This document shows positions 7,789 to 18,600 of a stretch of 64,000 nucleotides of DNA, in pieces; positions within the stretch are counted from its first letter, which is position 1, and every line of letters starts with the position of its first letter. The notes beneath the pieces are model-generated. The model did not search any database and was not told the DNA's origin. It saw only the letters and a program-made list of their open reading frames with translations. The stretch is from Christensenellales bacterium (GTDB lineage Bacteria > Bacillota > Clostridia > Christensenellales > UBA3700), in contig JBJETT010000010.1 in NCBI GenBank assembly GCA_051883455.1, positions 3,886-67,885 on the forward strand. Reading direction: 5' to 3'. The position numbers and the translations under genes were made by a program.

Positions 7789-10700
7789 ATGAGAAATAAG
7801 AAATTGATAGCCTTACTAGCTTTGCTGATCGTATTGGTTATCGCATGCTCGTTGGTACTCGTCGCTTGTGACCCTAGCGGTGAAGGCGGCGGCACCGGTG
7901 AAGGTGGCGGTACCAGCGAAGGCGGCGGTACCGGTGAAGGTGGCGGTACCGGCGGTGGCACCGGTACGGGCGGTGGCGACATCGGCGGTGGCGATGACGA
8001 TGGAGATTTGCCACCACCACCACCACTACCCGACACGAAACCGAAGCCTGTAAAGAAATCGGCACTCGAAGTGTTGAAGATGATGGTGGGCGGTATCGAC
8101 AACTCTGCGGAAGACGAAAAGCGTCTCTATCTCGAGTTTATCGGTCTAGTGACCTTGACCGAGCAACCCGACAATATGCCTGAAGTTAAGACGGACTACG
8201 AGTTGTCGCTCAAGACCAATATGTTGGGCGTTTTGGCAGAGGAGAATGCAAGCGTATCTAAAAATGAGTTTGCTTTGGTACTCAAGCAAGTGGATACTAG
8301 CACAATCAAGTTCGCCTTCTACATAATCGAAGAAAAAGCTTACCTACAAGTTGAGGGAAGCTCCGCTTTGATTTATTTGTCAGACTTCAATATGAACTAC
8401 CTCGCTCAAATAATAGGTAAAGTTCCGGGACTTCTCGACGGGCTTAATCTTGACGAGCTTTTGGGTAGCTTCGGCGGTGTGGACGGTATCTTGTCGTTGG
8501 TACTCGGTATGCTTTGCGACAACGTTAAGTACGAGCCTGTCACCGAAAACGGAGTAGTGACGACAAAACTATCCGTCGACTTCGTTATCAACAGCTTTAT
8601 GGACTCTATCAAGGGCGTGCTTGGCGGTATAGATATCGGAGGACTTCTCGGCATCAACCTTGACATCAAGGCTTTGATTGACGCTATTGCCGCAATGATT
8701 CCTAATATGAAAATCACCTTGTCGGCAACCCTCGTCGACGGCATATTGGCAGAGGACGACGGAATAAAGCTTGACGTAACCAACAAGGATAGCAACTCTA
8801 ACTTTGCGCTAAAAACGAGATTCGATATAGGCGAAACGGCTCCGGAAATCGACTTGCCTATTATAGAAGAATTTAGAGAATTTAGCTTGACTAACATCGC
8901 TTTCGACATCGATTTGATAGTTGACAGCGGTCTTGAAGAAGCCGGCGCACCTAAGCAGGTTGACGTAGGACAACTTATCAATATGTTTACCGGTCAAGAG
9001 ACTTTGCCTGTCGGCATTATTCTCCTTGACGTTGCTATGGGCTTTAGACTCAGCTTTAAGATAGACCTCGACCTCAACTATGCAGCCGAGGACGCTGACA
9101 ATAACCTTATAGCTATCGAACTCTTCCTTATCGACAGAAATCATAATAAAATAGAGGCTACACCGCAACTCGGACTATATTATCAACAGAGAGCTGCGTA
9201 CGTCAACCTCGGCAATCTATTGCCTAACTATTATCGTAGCAAGAGCGTGAGAATAGATACTAATCTCGACGCTTTGATTAGCAAGCTCGTTACTTTGTTG
9301 ACGGGTGAAATAGACAAAGCACTCGGCACCGACTTCGACCAAGCGATGAACGGTGGCAACGAGCCTGCGCTTGGTCAAAACAAGGTTTACAACAGCTCCA
9401 ATATGGTGGCTTTGGCTGTGGACGAAGAGGGTACGGCAACAATCAAACCGGGATACGCTATGTTGTTGGACGCTATCACAGGCCTAATCGGTATACGTGA
9501 TTATATCAACACCGACAACCTTGCCGACGGCGTGCTCAACAAGTACCTCGAAATAACCTTCGGCAACTCTATGTTGCAAGCTTTGGAAGGCTTGGTTGGC
9601 ACGATACCGTTTAGATTGCCAAGCGGTATAAGCGATATCGTATTGCAAATTGGTGACGTGGTAGTGCCTGACGTGAGTGACGTGGAAGCTTATAGAGAAT
9701 ATGCCGAAAAGGGTAAGATGACCTTCGGCGTACAAGGCGCGGTAAGCATAGGCGGAATTGATTTGTCACTATCTTTGCGCAACTTCAATATCGGTTTCCC
9801 TATCGAGGGTCTTGACAACTACGTAACCAACGCAATAGGCGACAAAGACGGCTATACCAACTCGGTAGCAGAATTGCTCGACGACGTATTGTCCAACATA
9901 CATTTGCAATTCGGCGTCAATATGACCTTCAACAAAGGAACCTACGACTTTATACCTTTGCTCACCAGCTTTGGTTTGACGGGCTTGGAAGGACAACACT
10001 TGTTGTGGACGTTCGACGACAACTTCGTGCTCGACGGTGCGTTGGCTATCCAAATTGCTTTGGACAAGAACAACCACTACAACAGCTCTATAGTTATAGA
10101 ATTGAGAACCAACAAGGCAATCGGAATAGGCTCGGATATTCTCTTCCCAGCCAACTCGGTAATCTTGGGCGTTTACGGCTATGCCAACAGCGTATTCATC
10201 GACGTATCCAATATCAAGATTGCTAAGATTACTTTGCCTAAGCTTAAAGCAGAAATCGACTTTACCGAGATAGTTTACAAATTTATCGGCGACTTCGATT
10301 ATAGATTGGCATTCGACTTGTCCACGCTGTTCGGCTCGACAGGAGAGAGCACTGAAGGCGGTGCGAGCGACCCTGCTCAACAAGCCGAAGAATTGATGTT
10401 CGAAGGTGAGGACGGCGGTACTTTGACTCCTGCGGGACAAATCATCGTAGGCGTCAATGCAGATACCCTTACCGTTAGCACAACGCTTGCGGCAGTGCTT
10501 AGCATCTTGTCTAGCGTAGGACTCAACGTAGACCTCAGCTTTATCAACAGTGCTAGCATCGACCTCATGTTATCTAGACTGCAAGGCGTCAAGCTCGATT
10601 TGGCGGCAGAATTGTTGCCTACCGTAGAGTTGGACGCTGCAGGCAACGTAATAGGCGAGCCTACTTACAACAGCAACTTCAAGATACACTTTGAGACGGG

Positions 10701-13700
10701 TACTCAAAACAATCCTATTAGAATAGGAAATCTTGACGAACTCAAAATCAAACTCTTCGAAAGACAAGAGGAATTCGAGGCTTATGAGGACGACCTCATC
10801 ACAGCTATCGTCAACACAGTTGGCAAAGCTTCGTTTAAGGCAACCGTAAACCTCAAGACGATGGAAGAAACCTTCAATATTACTAAGATAATCAATAATA
10901 TACTTGCTTCGAGCGGCAAGGAATTGACCTTACCAATCAACTTGCATCTCGACGATTGGGATACCGAAGTAATATTGACCGTTGCTTGGAACCTCGATAT
11001 GCGCAACTTCAAGAAGACGCAGTTGCAAGTGACCTTCTCTTACCTCGAGAAGACATTGCTCGAAGTAGATATCTTCCAAGGCAATATCGTCCTCGATTTG
11101 ACGGGACTCGGCTTCTTCAAACTCGAAATCGTCAACTCTCCATTCGTTAAGGTTATCAACAGCGCTTTGACGGACGTCATCAACCAAATAGGTAACTTTA
11201 ACCTAACGGATATCATCAACGATGCACTCGGCGACCTAACTTTGGGTGGAGCGCTTGGCGGAGCTTTGGCAGGAACGCCTGAAGAGAGCACGCCTGATAG
11301 CGGAGCTAAAGAGGCAGAAGCAGGTGCAGGATTTACCCCTGAAACTATGGACCTTATCGCTAAGATTATCAGTGCGGTATCTGCTCACAACGCCAATATA
11401 TTCCTCAAGTTTGACGCTATGATGATAGACGCTATACTTAGACAATTCATCGGCTTTGGTATTGGTATGAGTATCGGCGTAGGCGGAGAAATCGACTTCG
11501 TGGACGGCGTAATCAACCTCAATATAGAAGTCGAGAGTATGAGCGTATCGGTTAAGTTCGAGATGCTGATGGGAGAGCCTATCAACCTCAACTTGCCACT
11601 TGACGAAATCCCTGACTGGGACGCAACTAGCGGAGCAACCTTCGTCAAGACGATGCTTGACGGCTTGGATATCGCGTTTGCTCTCGACTATGCAATCAAT
11701 AGTGCCGACGCCAAAGCCAACTACAATACCAACGGCTCGGATTCCGGTGTGGAGGAAGGTAGCAAGTACTACACTCGTCTCATCATACAAAAATTGCAAT
11801 CTAAGACTACGCTATACAACACGGGCGGTAAGACGGCATCTGCGGGCTCTATTCTCGTAACTTTGGCTTCTATCAACAAATCTAAGTATGAGAATACCGA
11901 CGAGCTTAATAGCAACGTAAATCAACAACCGTTGTTGTATGCGGAACTCAACTACAACACCGGCAACCTAAGAGTAGTGCTTTGCCAAGGCGTGTTGACG
12001 CTTGGTTCGGTTCTTGACTTTGCAAGCTTTATCGACATCAACATCGCGCTTGACCTCGTCAATATGCTGGCACCTACCATTGATAACCTCTTTGCCTCTA
12101 TCGACCCTGACTACAACGGCGGAAGTACGGGCGGAGGCACCGAAGGCGGTGGAACGGGCGGAGGCACCGAAGGCGGCGGCACCGAAGGTGGCGGAACTAC
12201 AGAACCACCAAAGGAACCAAGCAGAATGGACAAAGCCTTTGCCCAACTTGACGTTGTACAATTGCTTGGCGGCGGTATCGACGTATATCTCAGAAATACC
12301 GGACTCTTCAACGTCAATATCACCTTTGACCCATACACCATCAACTGGCTGCTCGACGAGGTGATGGCAAGCGTATTCGGTTGGGATACCATAATAGACC
12401 TCGTAGAAATGACGAGAGACGCAACTACGGGCACGTCTATGTTCGCTACCAATTATCTCAAGTCTGTCAACTGGGATAGAATTGATGCGGAGCATACTTG
12501 GATAAGCTTGAAGCAAATCTTGTTGCCTTTGCTTAAGGACGTAGTCAACGGCGTCGGTTACGGTTGGGCGGCACCTTTGCTTACCAATGCAATCCTCAAC
12601 GCATTCTACTTCCAAGTAAGAAGGTTGTTTACAAGGCTGTTGCCATTGCCGGTATTCAACGAGGTGACGGCGGGCGTCAACATAATGGACGGCACGCTTG
12701 CCAACTTGTATATATTTGGTTACGACTACGACGAGCCGGTATATAAAGCGTTTGACGAAAACGGCAATAAGATAGCCAAGGAGGATCAGAGTGAGATTTA
12801 CGTATTCAAAGCTTACTCCGATGCGGCACCTGGCTCCGACGTTCCTGCTAAGGGTACCTATACACGTAAATACGACCGTAGCACCGACGCTAACGACGAC
12901 CAAGGCGCAAGTTATACGTATTATTACAACAACAGAAGCAACGGCTATTATCTCGAAATTAGGTTCTTCAACTGTTCGCCATCCGTGGGTACGCCTGACT
13001 ATAGCGTTGACGGTACAACCGAGGGCGTGATGACTTGGGGTAGCATAGACGCTGCGCCTACCTACGACCCATATTGCTATAGCAACGACGTCGAAGGTAA
13101 GTCGCTGTTCTTGGCAGAAAACTTCTCGGGTAAAGAAGTGTCTTACCAAAAGGGCGAACAACTCTATAAGACCACCCCTACCTATGAAGTAACCAAGAAA
13201 GACGGCGTTGCCGTATCTATGAATATCAACAACCTCGACTTTGGTACTGCGGGCGTGTACGAAATCGTTGCAACGGCAAGTTTCAACGGCGGAGCAGTCG
13301 TTAGAACTAAGACTATCAACTTGACGATTTACGGTAAGGACGAGATAGCTAGCGTAGGCGAATATAATTTGAATAAAGAATATCAAAATTATATAGATAT
13401 ATACGCGTATAGTGAAATTCCTAAGTATATCGTTATCACCTACGATACGCCGGACGTACTAGGTAACTATATGAGAAGAATACCTACCGAGTCGATGACC
13501 TTCACAAGTTATGCTCCAACCGTATATACGGCACACGACGTCAACGGTATGGTAACCTTCAAGGACGGAACGACTAAGAGCGTACTCTTCAAGTACATTG
13601 ATAGTACTATCAACAATATCATGGGCGGTATCGAGATTGCTATCGACTTGTACCAATACGACCAAAGCGCGGTAGACCTCAGCGTATATACTCCTGACGT

Positions 13701-15684
13701 ATTGTACTTTACTTACAACGACGGCTCGTCTGATAAGATTAAAGTCAACGGAACTTGGAACGTATCTTCTGCCGAGCAACTCGTAAACAGAGACCCTAGC
13801 AACCTCAGTGCAGGTATCTATTGGATTACCAATACTATCGGTAGCGGAGCGACCTTGCAAGACGTCAATATCAAGTTCGTCGTCAAGTCCAAGACGGTAG
13901 ACTCTGTAGAAGTAAACGGAAATATTAATAATATAAGAATTAGTCCATATCAATACTACAAGTACTTGATTACGGGTGACGAAAACGAAAATCCATTCCC
14001 AAGCCAAGTACTTGCTACCTACAGCGAAGCTTACGCTTACGATGCGGTAGAGGGTGCAAACGTATTGGTAAACGAAGCGTATAGCGAAATGGTATACGTA
14101 AATTGGAACAAGACGGGACTCAACTTCACTTGGGACAACAACAACGCTCCTGAGTATAATCCTGACGGAAGTATCAAGAAGAACGGTTCCGTATCGCTTG
14201 ACACCACGAGCGTCAAGGATCCAACGGCAGAGACCCCTGTCAGAATTTACGAGACCAGCTTCGATTGGACCTTCCCTGTCAACATCACTATGGACAGAAA
14301 CGAAGTAAAAGCAATCTACTTCGACGAAGAGTTGACGCAAAATACTTTGGTTATCGACCCATATCTCTTCAAGATTAACGAAGAAGACGGCGTAGACAAC
14401 TTCCCAACCAACGCTTGGATTGAGTTTACCAACGGTAGCGTTATCAACTTGCCTATCGCTTGGGTACAAGAAGAAGTAGACGCTTTCGAAGTGGATTACG
14501 AACAACAAAGTAGACAGTTTAGAGTATATATCGGCTACGACGTCGATACCTATACCAACAACCGTATACCTAAAGCAGACGCAACCAGCGCATTGGGTAT
14601 CGCCGATTACTGCAACGCTCACGGTATCAGCGGTAAGATGTTGCAAAGAATAGTAGTCAGCGTTCGTGTTGAGGGCTTGGAAGCAGTTGGCCTTGATATC
14701 GCGGGTAGCGAACTCAACGGCGGAAGATACGTCATCGACCCTGTAAGAGTAAAATACCTCGGTGAGAGCCCATTGCCTGCAACCGTACCTGTAGTTTACA
14801 ACGACGGCTCGAGCTCGGTACTTCCTGTAGTATGGGATTACGACTTCGATATCAGTATCTACGGCGGTAGAGATTTGACTGCAACCGCAACCATAAGAGG
14901 TACGGGTATCAGCTTTGACGTGGCTTGTAGAATACTCGATAGATCGACGCCTGAAGTTGTCAACGACAATATCTCTATCAACCCATACAACTTTACGTTG
15001 AATGAGGAAGGAAAGAGAGTATACAGCGAGTTTACCGAAACGGTAGCTGTCAAGTACTTCACGAGCTACAAACTCAAAGTCACCAATATTGAAACGGCAG
15101 AAGCGACTATCTTCGACAACTTGTTCTTAGACGAGAAGCTTGCACTCGAAGAATTGTACACCACGGGTGACAATACTGGATTGTATACGGTTGAGACCGA
15201 GTACAACTACGACACCTTCGAGTTGCCTGTGACGTGGGATATTACCAATATCAACATGGCAGTGACGAGTGATCCTAATGAAGATAAAACCTTTGCAGTT
15301 AAGGCAAAGATTACCGGTGCAACCGAAAGCTTCGAGACTTTGGCTATCAACGTTACTGTCGAAGAAAAGATATTCGTCGGTATCAACAACAACTCGGTAT
15401 ACAAATACGTTATCGCTTATGGCGGAAGCAACTTGACGGAAGATGAGATTGCTACCAAGAAGGTAACCAAGCAACTCAACGCATTCTTCGAGGACGGCAC
15501 GACGCAAAAGTTGGACATTGTATTCGATTTGAGCCCTGTCAACTTTACCGTTACCAACTACAACTCGGATACCGGTGAATTTACGGGAAGTGCAATCATA
15601 TGCAAAGCGTATATCATGCAATATGCAGAGATACAGCAGTATATCGAAATCGAAGTGTACGTGGCTACCGAGCCAACGGTCTAA
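7789..15684 (+). CDS. Giant lipoprotein (2631 aa): Gly/Pro linker, about five repeated beta/alpha modules, C-terminal Big_4-like Ig repeats
   Basis: AGGAGG RBS; lipobox LVA-C; recurring PxxV...Y/FxDG...VxW motifs in the C-terminal third. Confidence 0.85.
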   Translation: MRNKKLIALLALLIVLVIACSLVLVACDPSGEGGGTGEGGGTSEGGGTGEGGGTGGGTGTGGGDIGGGDDDGDLPPPPPLPDTKPKPVKKSALEVLKMMVGGIDNSAEDEKRLYLEFIGLVTLTEQPDNMPEVKTDYELSLKTNMLGVLAEENASVSKNEFALVLKQVDTSTIKFAFYIIEEKAYLQVEGSSALIYLSDFNMNYLAQIIGKVPGLLDGLNLDELLGSFGGVDGILSLVLGMLCDNVKYEPVTENGVVTTKLSVDFVINSFMDSIKGVLGGIDIGGLLGINLDIKALIDAIAAMIPNMKITLSATLVDGILAEDDGIKLDVTNKDSNSNFALKTRFDIGETAPEIDLPIIEEFREFSLTNIAFDIDLIVDSGLEEAGAPKQVDVGQLINMFTGQETLPVGIILLDVAMGFRLSFKIDLDLNYAAEDADNNLIAIELFLIDRNHNKIEATPQLGLYYQQRAAYVNLGNLLPNYYRSKSVRIDTNLDALISKLVTLLTGEIDKALGTDFDQAMNGGNEPALGQNKVYNSSNMVALAVDEEGTATIKPGYAMLLDAITGLIGIRDYINTDNLADGVLNKYLEITFGNSMLQALEGLVGTIPFRLPSGISDIVLQIGDVVVPDVSDVEAYREYAEKGKMTFGVQGAVSIGGIDLSLSLRNFNIGFPIEGLDNYVTNAIGDKDGYTNSVAELLDDVLSNIHLQFGVNMTFNKGTYDFIPLLTSFGLTGLEGQHLLWTFDDNFVLDGALAIQIALDKNNHYNSSIVIELRTNKAIGIGSDILFPANSVILGVYGYANSVFIDVSNIKIAKITLPKLKAEIDFTEIVYKFIGDFDYRLAFDLSTLFGSTGESTEGGASDPAQQAEELMFEGEDGGTLTPAGQIIVGVNADTLTVSTTLAAVLSILSSVGLNVDLSFINSASIDLMLSRLQGVKLDLAAELLPTVELDAAGNVIGEPTYNSNFKIHFETGTQNNPIRIGNLDELKIKLFERQEEFEAYEDDLITAIVNTVGKASFKATVNLKTMEETFNITKIINNILASSGKELTLPINLHLDDWDTEVILTVAWNLDMRNFKKTQLQVTFSYLEKTLLEVDIFQGNIVLDLTGLGFFKLEIVNSPFVKVINSALTDVINQIGNFNLTDIINDALGDLTLGGALGGALAGTPEESTPDSGAKEAEAGAGFTPETMDLIAKIISAVSAHNANIFLKFDAMMIDAILRQFIGFGIGMSIGVGGEIDFVDGVINLNIEVESMSVSVKFEMLMGEPINLNLPLDEIPDWDATSGATFVKTMLDGLDIAFALDYAINSADAKANYNTNGSDSGVEEGSKYYTRLIIQKLQSKTTLYNTGGKTASAGSILVTLASINKSKYENTDELNSNVNQQPLLYAELNYNTGNLRVVLCQGVLTLGSVLDFASFIDINIALDLVNMLAPTIDNLFASIDPDYNGGSTGGGTEGGGTGGGTEGGGTEGGGTTEPPKEPSRMDKAFAQLDVVQLLGGGIDVYLRNTGLFNVNITFDPYTINWLLDEVMASVFGWDTIIDLVEMTRDATTGTSMFATNYLKSVNWDRIDAEHTWISLKQILLPLLKDVVNGVGYGWAAPLLTNAILNAFYFQVRRLFTRLLPLPVFNEVTAGVNIMDGTLANLYIFGYDYDEPVYKAFDENGNKIAKEDQSEIYVFKAYSDAAPGSDVPAKGTYTRKYDRSTDANDDQGASYTYYYNNRSNGYYLEIRFFNCSPSVGTPDYSVDGTTEGVMTWGSIDAAPTYDPYCYSNDVEGKSLFLAENFSGKEVSYQKGEQLYKTTPTYEVTKKDGVAVSMNINNLDFGTAGVYEIVATASFNGGAVVRTKTINLTIYGKDEIASVGEYNLNKEYQNYIDIYAYSEIPKYIVITYDTPDVLGNYMRRIPTESMTFTSYAPTVYTAHDVNGMVTFKDGTTKSVLFKYIDSTINNIMGGIEIAIDLYQYDQSAVDLSVYTPDVLYFTYNDGSSDKIKVNGTWNVSSAEQLVNRDPSNLSAGIYWITNTIGSGATLQDVNIKFVVKSKTVDSVEVNGNINNIRISPYQYYKYLITGDENENPFPSQVLATYSEAYAYDAVEGANVLVNEAYSEMVYVNWNKTGLNFTWDNNNAPEYNPDGSIKKNGSVSLDTTSVKDPTAETPVRIYETSFDWTFPVNITMDRNEVKAIYFDEELTQNTLVIDPYLFKINEEDGVDNFPTNAWIEFTNGSVINLPIAWVQEEVDAFEVDYEQQSRQFRVYIGYDVDTYTNNRIPKADATSALGIADYCNAHGISGKMLQRIVVSVRVEGLEAVGLDIAGSELNGGRYVIDPVRVKYLGESPLPATVPVVYNDGSSSVLPVVWDYDFDISIYGGRDLTATATIRGTGISFDVACRILDRSTPEVVNDNISINPYNFTLNEEGKRVYSEFTETVAVKYFTSYKLKVTNIETAEATIFDNLFLDEKLALEELYTTGDNTGLYTVETEYNYDTFELPVTWDITNINMAVTSDPNEDKTFAVKAKITGATESFETLAINVTVEEKIFVGINNNSVYKYVIAYGGSNLTEDEIATKKVTKQLNAFFEDGTTQKLDIVFDLSPVNFTVTNYNSDTGEFTGSAIICKAYIMQYAEIQQYIEIEVYVATEPTV
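7879..8031 (+). repeat. Coding tandem repeat (EGGGT units) followed by poly-Pro
   Basis: Near-tandem 18-bp units of the form GGTGAAGGYGGCGGYACC, then a CCA repeat. Confidence 0.85.
12118..12198 (+). repeat. Second Gly-rich coding repeat (GGGTEGGGT)
   Basis: A duplicated 27-bp unit beginning ACGGGCGGAGGCACCGAAGGCGG. Confidence 0.8.
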
Positions 15685-15699
15685 AAGGAGGTATAAGTT

Positions 15700-18600
15700 A
15701 TGACTAACATAATAAATAAGAAATTGATCATTACTATTACGTCGATTATACTTATCGTATCGTTGGTATGTGCGTTGCTCGCGCTGATTGATAGAGAAAC
15801 TACGCAAAACGAGGCTGTGGCGGAGGGATTAATCTCCGCCAACAGCACCACTACCGACGGTACTATAGACGGGGTGGCGGGCAAGCACGCTACTTATGAA
15901 CAATTGCAAAACAAGGCGATTGCCGCAGGCAAGACGCTCAAGACGATTAGTACCCAGACAGAATTGGAGAACTTCCTAGCCAACAACGTATCTACCGACT
16001 ACGGCGCATTGTACAACGTGTCGGGTGATTTGACACTAGATTGGGTCAAGGGCGACAACTATGCCAGCAGTAACAAATATATGAGAGGTGCCTTCGACGG
16101 CAACGGCTACACCATCAACATCAAAGGCGGTGTAGGTAGAGGTGCTTTTGCCAGCGGATATGCCGCTAAGCATATAATCAATAGCGACCCTATCTTGGGA
16201 GGCTCGGATGCGGCAGCCAATCCTATATACATTGCTCCGTCGGGCTTCTTCGTAGCAATCAACGAAGGCATCATCAAAAACGTTACTTTTAGTTACACCT
16301 CGACTCATATCGAGCCTAACGGCAGAGACGCAGACGGTGGTTCGTGTCTATACAATCCATATTCTAACGGCGTAACCCCAAGCTTCGGTATTATTGCGGG
16401 CTTGAGTAACGGCGGAGAGATAAGCAACTGTAAGGTTATACTCAAAAATCCGTTCGTTTTGTTCGGAACGGGTGATAATAGCTTGACGTCTAACGGAAGA
16501 TTTAGAGAAAACAGCGCTATCGCAGGCGGTGCGGTTGGAATTGCTACCAACGGAGCCGCTATAAGCAATATTACGGTAGATTTGCAATCTTCCTTCTCCG
16601 TAGTATGTAGAGGTAATACGAGTGGCGCAAACAGTGCTAGAGCAACGCTCAGCTGTGCGGGCGGTATCGTAGGCAACTTCGTACCTATCGGAGGCACTAC
16701 GATGAAGTATTGTACCGTGCTAGGCAACGGAACTATGTCATCTATTGCAGGTGCAGGTTCTAACGATTCTCAGTTCCATACGTTCGTGGGCGCCGCAATA
16801 GGCGGAACCTTCCGCTTTACGGGTGTAGCTAGCTGGGCAAACTTTGCAATGAGCGAATATCCTACAGCCGAGATTAGCGCGATAATGTCCAACTATCAAG
16901 GTAGAATGCGCTATAATCCTCAAAGAAAGTATGAAGATATGCAGACCAACTACGCTAAGCTCTTCGGTGCGATAGGTAGTTCGGAAGGCGACCTTACGGG
17001 CGTGAGCGGAATGGTATTCTTGTTTGACTACAAGACTTTCTGTGAAGCCAAGGGTGTGGACGGTACCTACATAGACAGTTGGTGGATGAAGTACACCATA
17101 GACAATATAGGTACTATGATTTATCCAACGAGTACTGGCGGACAAGTCGACGTAAGCTTCGATAGTAGTAATCCTAAATACGATATAAGAATAGAAGCTA
17201 AAGCCGACGGATTTGACGGTGACATGAGTCAAACGTTGGAGAATACCTACTACAAAAAACTCGAAATCGCCGACGGCGCGTTCGGAAACTGCATTTGGGA
17301 AGCCAATATCAACAAAAACGGTCAACAAGACAAACATATCAAGGCGGAGCAATTTATCGGTGGAGAAATCTTCTTGCTCAAAGCTACCGACTACGGTACT
17401 ATGAACTATAGCTTTGGTGAGATTGCAGACTATTCGATATCTTCCAACAACGGCTTGTTGTCGAGTAAAGAATACGATAGCGACCCAATCAACGAGCCTA
17501 CCTTGGTGCTCAAATCTAAGCTTGGCAATACTTTGACGCCTGTTGCGTCGGCATACGAGTGGGAATTGCTCAAGGGCACTACGCCTGTGACCAACGCTCA
17601 GACCTTCTTGCCGGGCGTATACACCTATAGGGCAGTCAAGATGCTCGAAGAGGAAAAGCTTGCCTATTACGATGCCAACAACAAGGTATTGGCAAGATAT
17701 AAAGAGAGTGAAAAAGAGACCTTTGCCGTAAATACCGCAGAGCTCAAATTCGATGCTCCTAACGAAAACGTATGGCTCAACCAAGCCAATATCGGTATGT
17801 ATATCAACAAGGATAAGGCTTGGATGTTCAACTACATCAAATATAGTACCGATGGCAATTGGTCGGGATTGCTACCTACTTTCGGTGTAGCGAAGTACAT
17901 CTTTAAGGACAACGTCTCCACGGGTAAGGCGGGAAGAACTTACGCCTTCCAAGCATACGTTTACACAGACGGTCAAGAGGTGTTGGTTGCTCAGTCAAGC
18001 ACTCAAGTCAAGGTTCGTATCGACAACGAAAAACCTGTGATTGAGGACGTACACTACTATCTCAGCGACAGTATGGGTACTCAGGGAGAAGAGATAACCG
18101 TAAGCGACCTCAACGAATGGAGAACTACTCCTATATTGATGAAGTACACCGTCAACGACGAGGGCCGTAGCGGTATCGTGTCGGGTAGCGGACATACAAA
18201 TTATACGCCAAATGAAAACGGCACTTGGAGCTGTAGCGTATTGCTCAAGGATACCAAAGAATATACGTTGTCTTACACCGACGCCACCAACAATACGGTA
18301 TCTATGACCTACAACGTCAAGATAGACAATGTTACGCCTCAATTCAACGTAATCGTATCTGCGGAGAACGTAATGCAAGACGACGGCGAGTCATATTACT
18401 ACTTTGACCCACTCAAGATTACTTACAATTCGACTTTGGGTGAAAGCGGATACGACCTTTACGTGTCTACGGCAAGCGACAGCAGTATCGTCGGCGCCGA
18501 CAAGAGAGTATGGGTACACTACGACGATACTATAGCTAGCTCGGGACAAATAATCGTCAACGACAACTTGGAGAGCCAAGAGATATGGTTTAAGCTTGTC

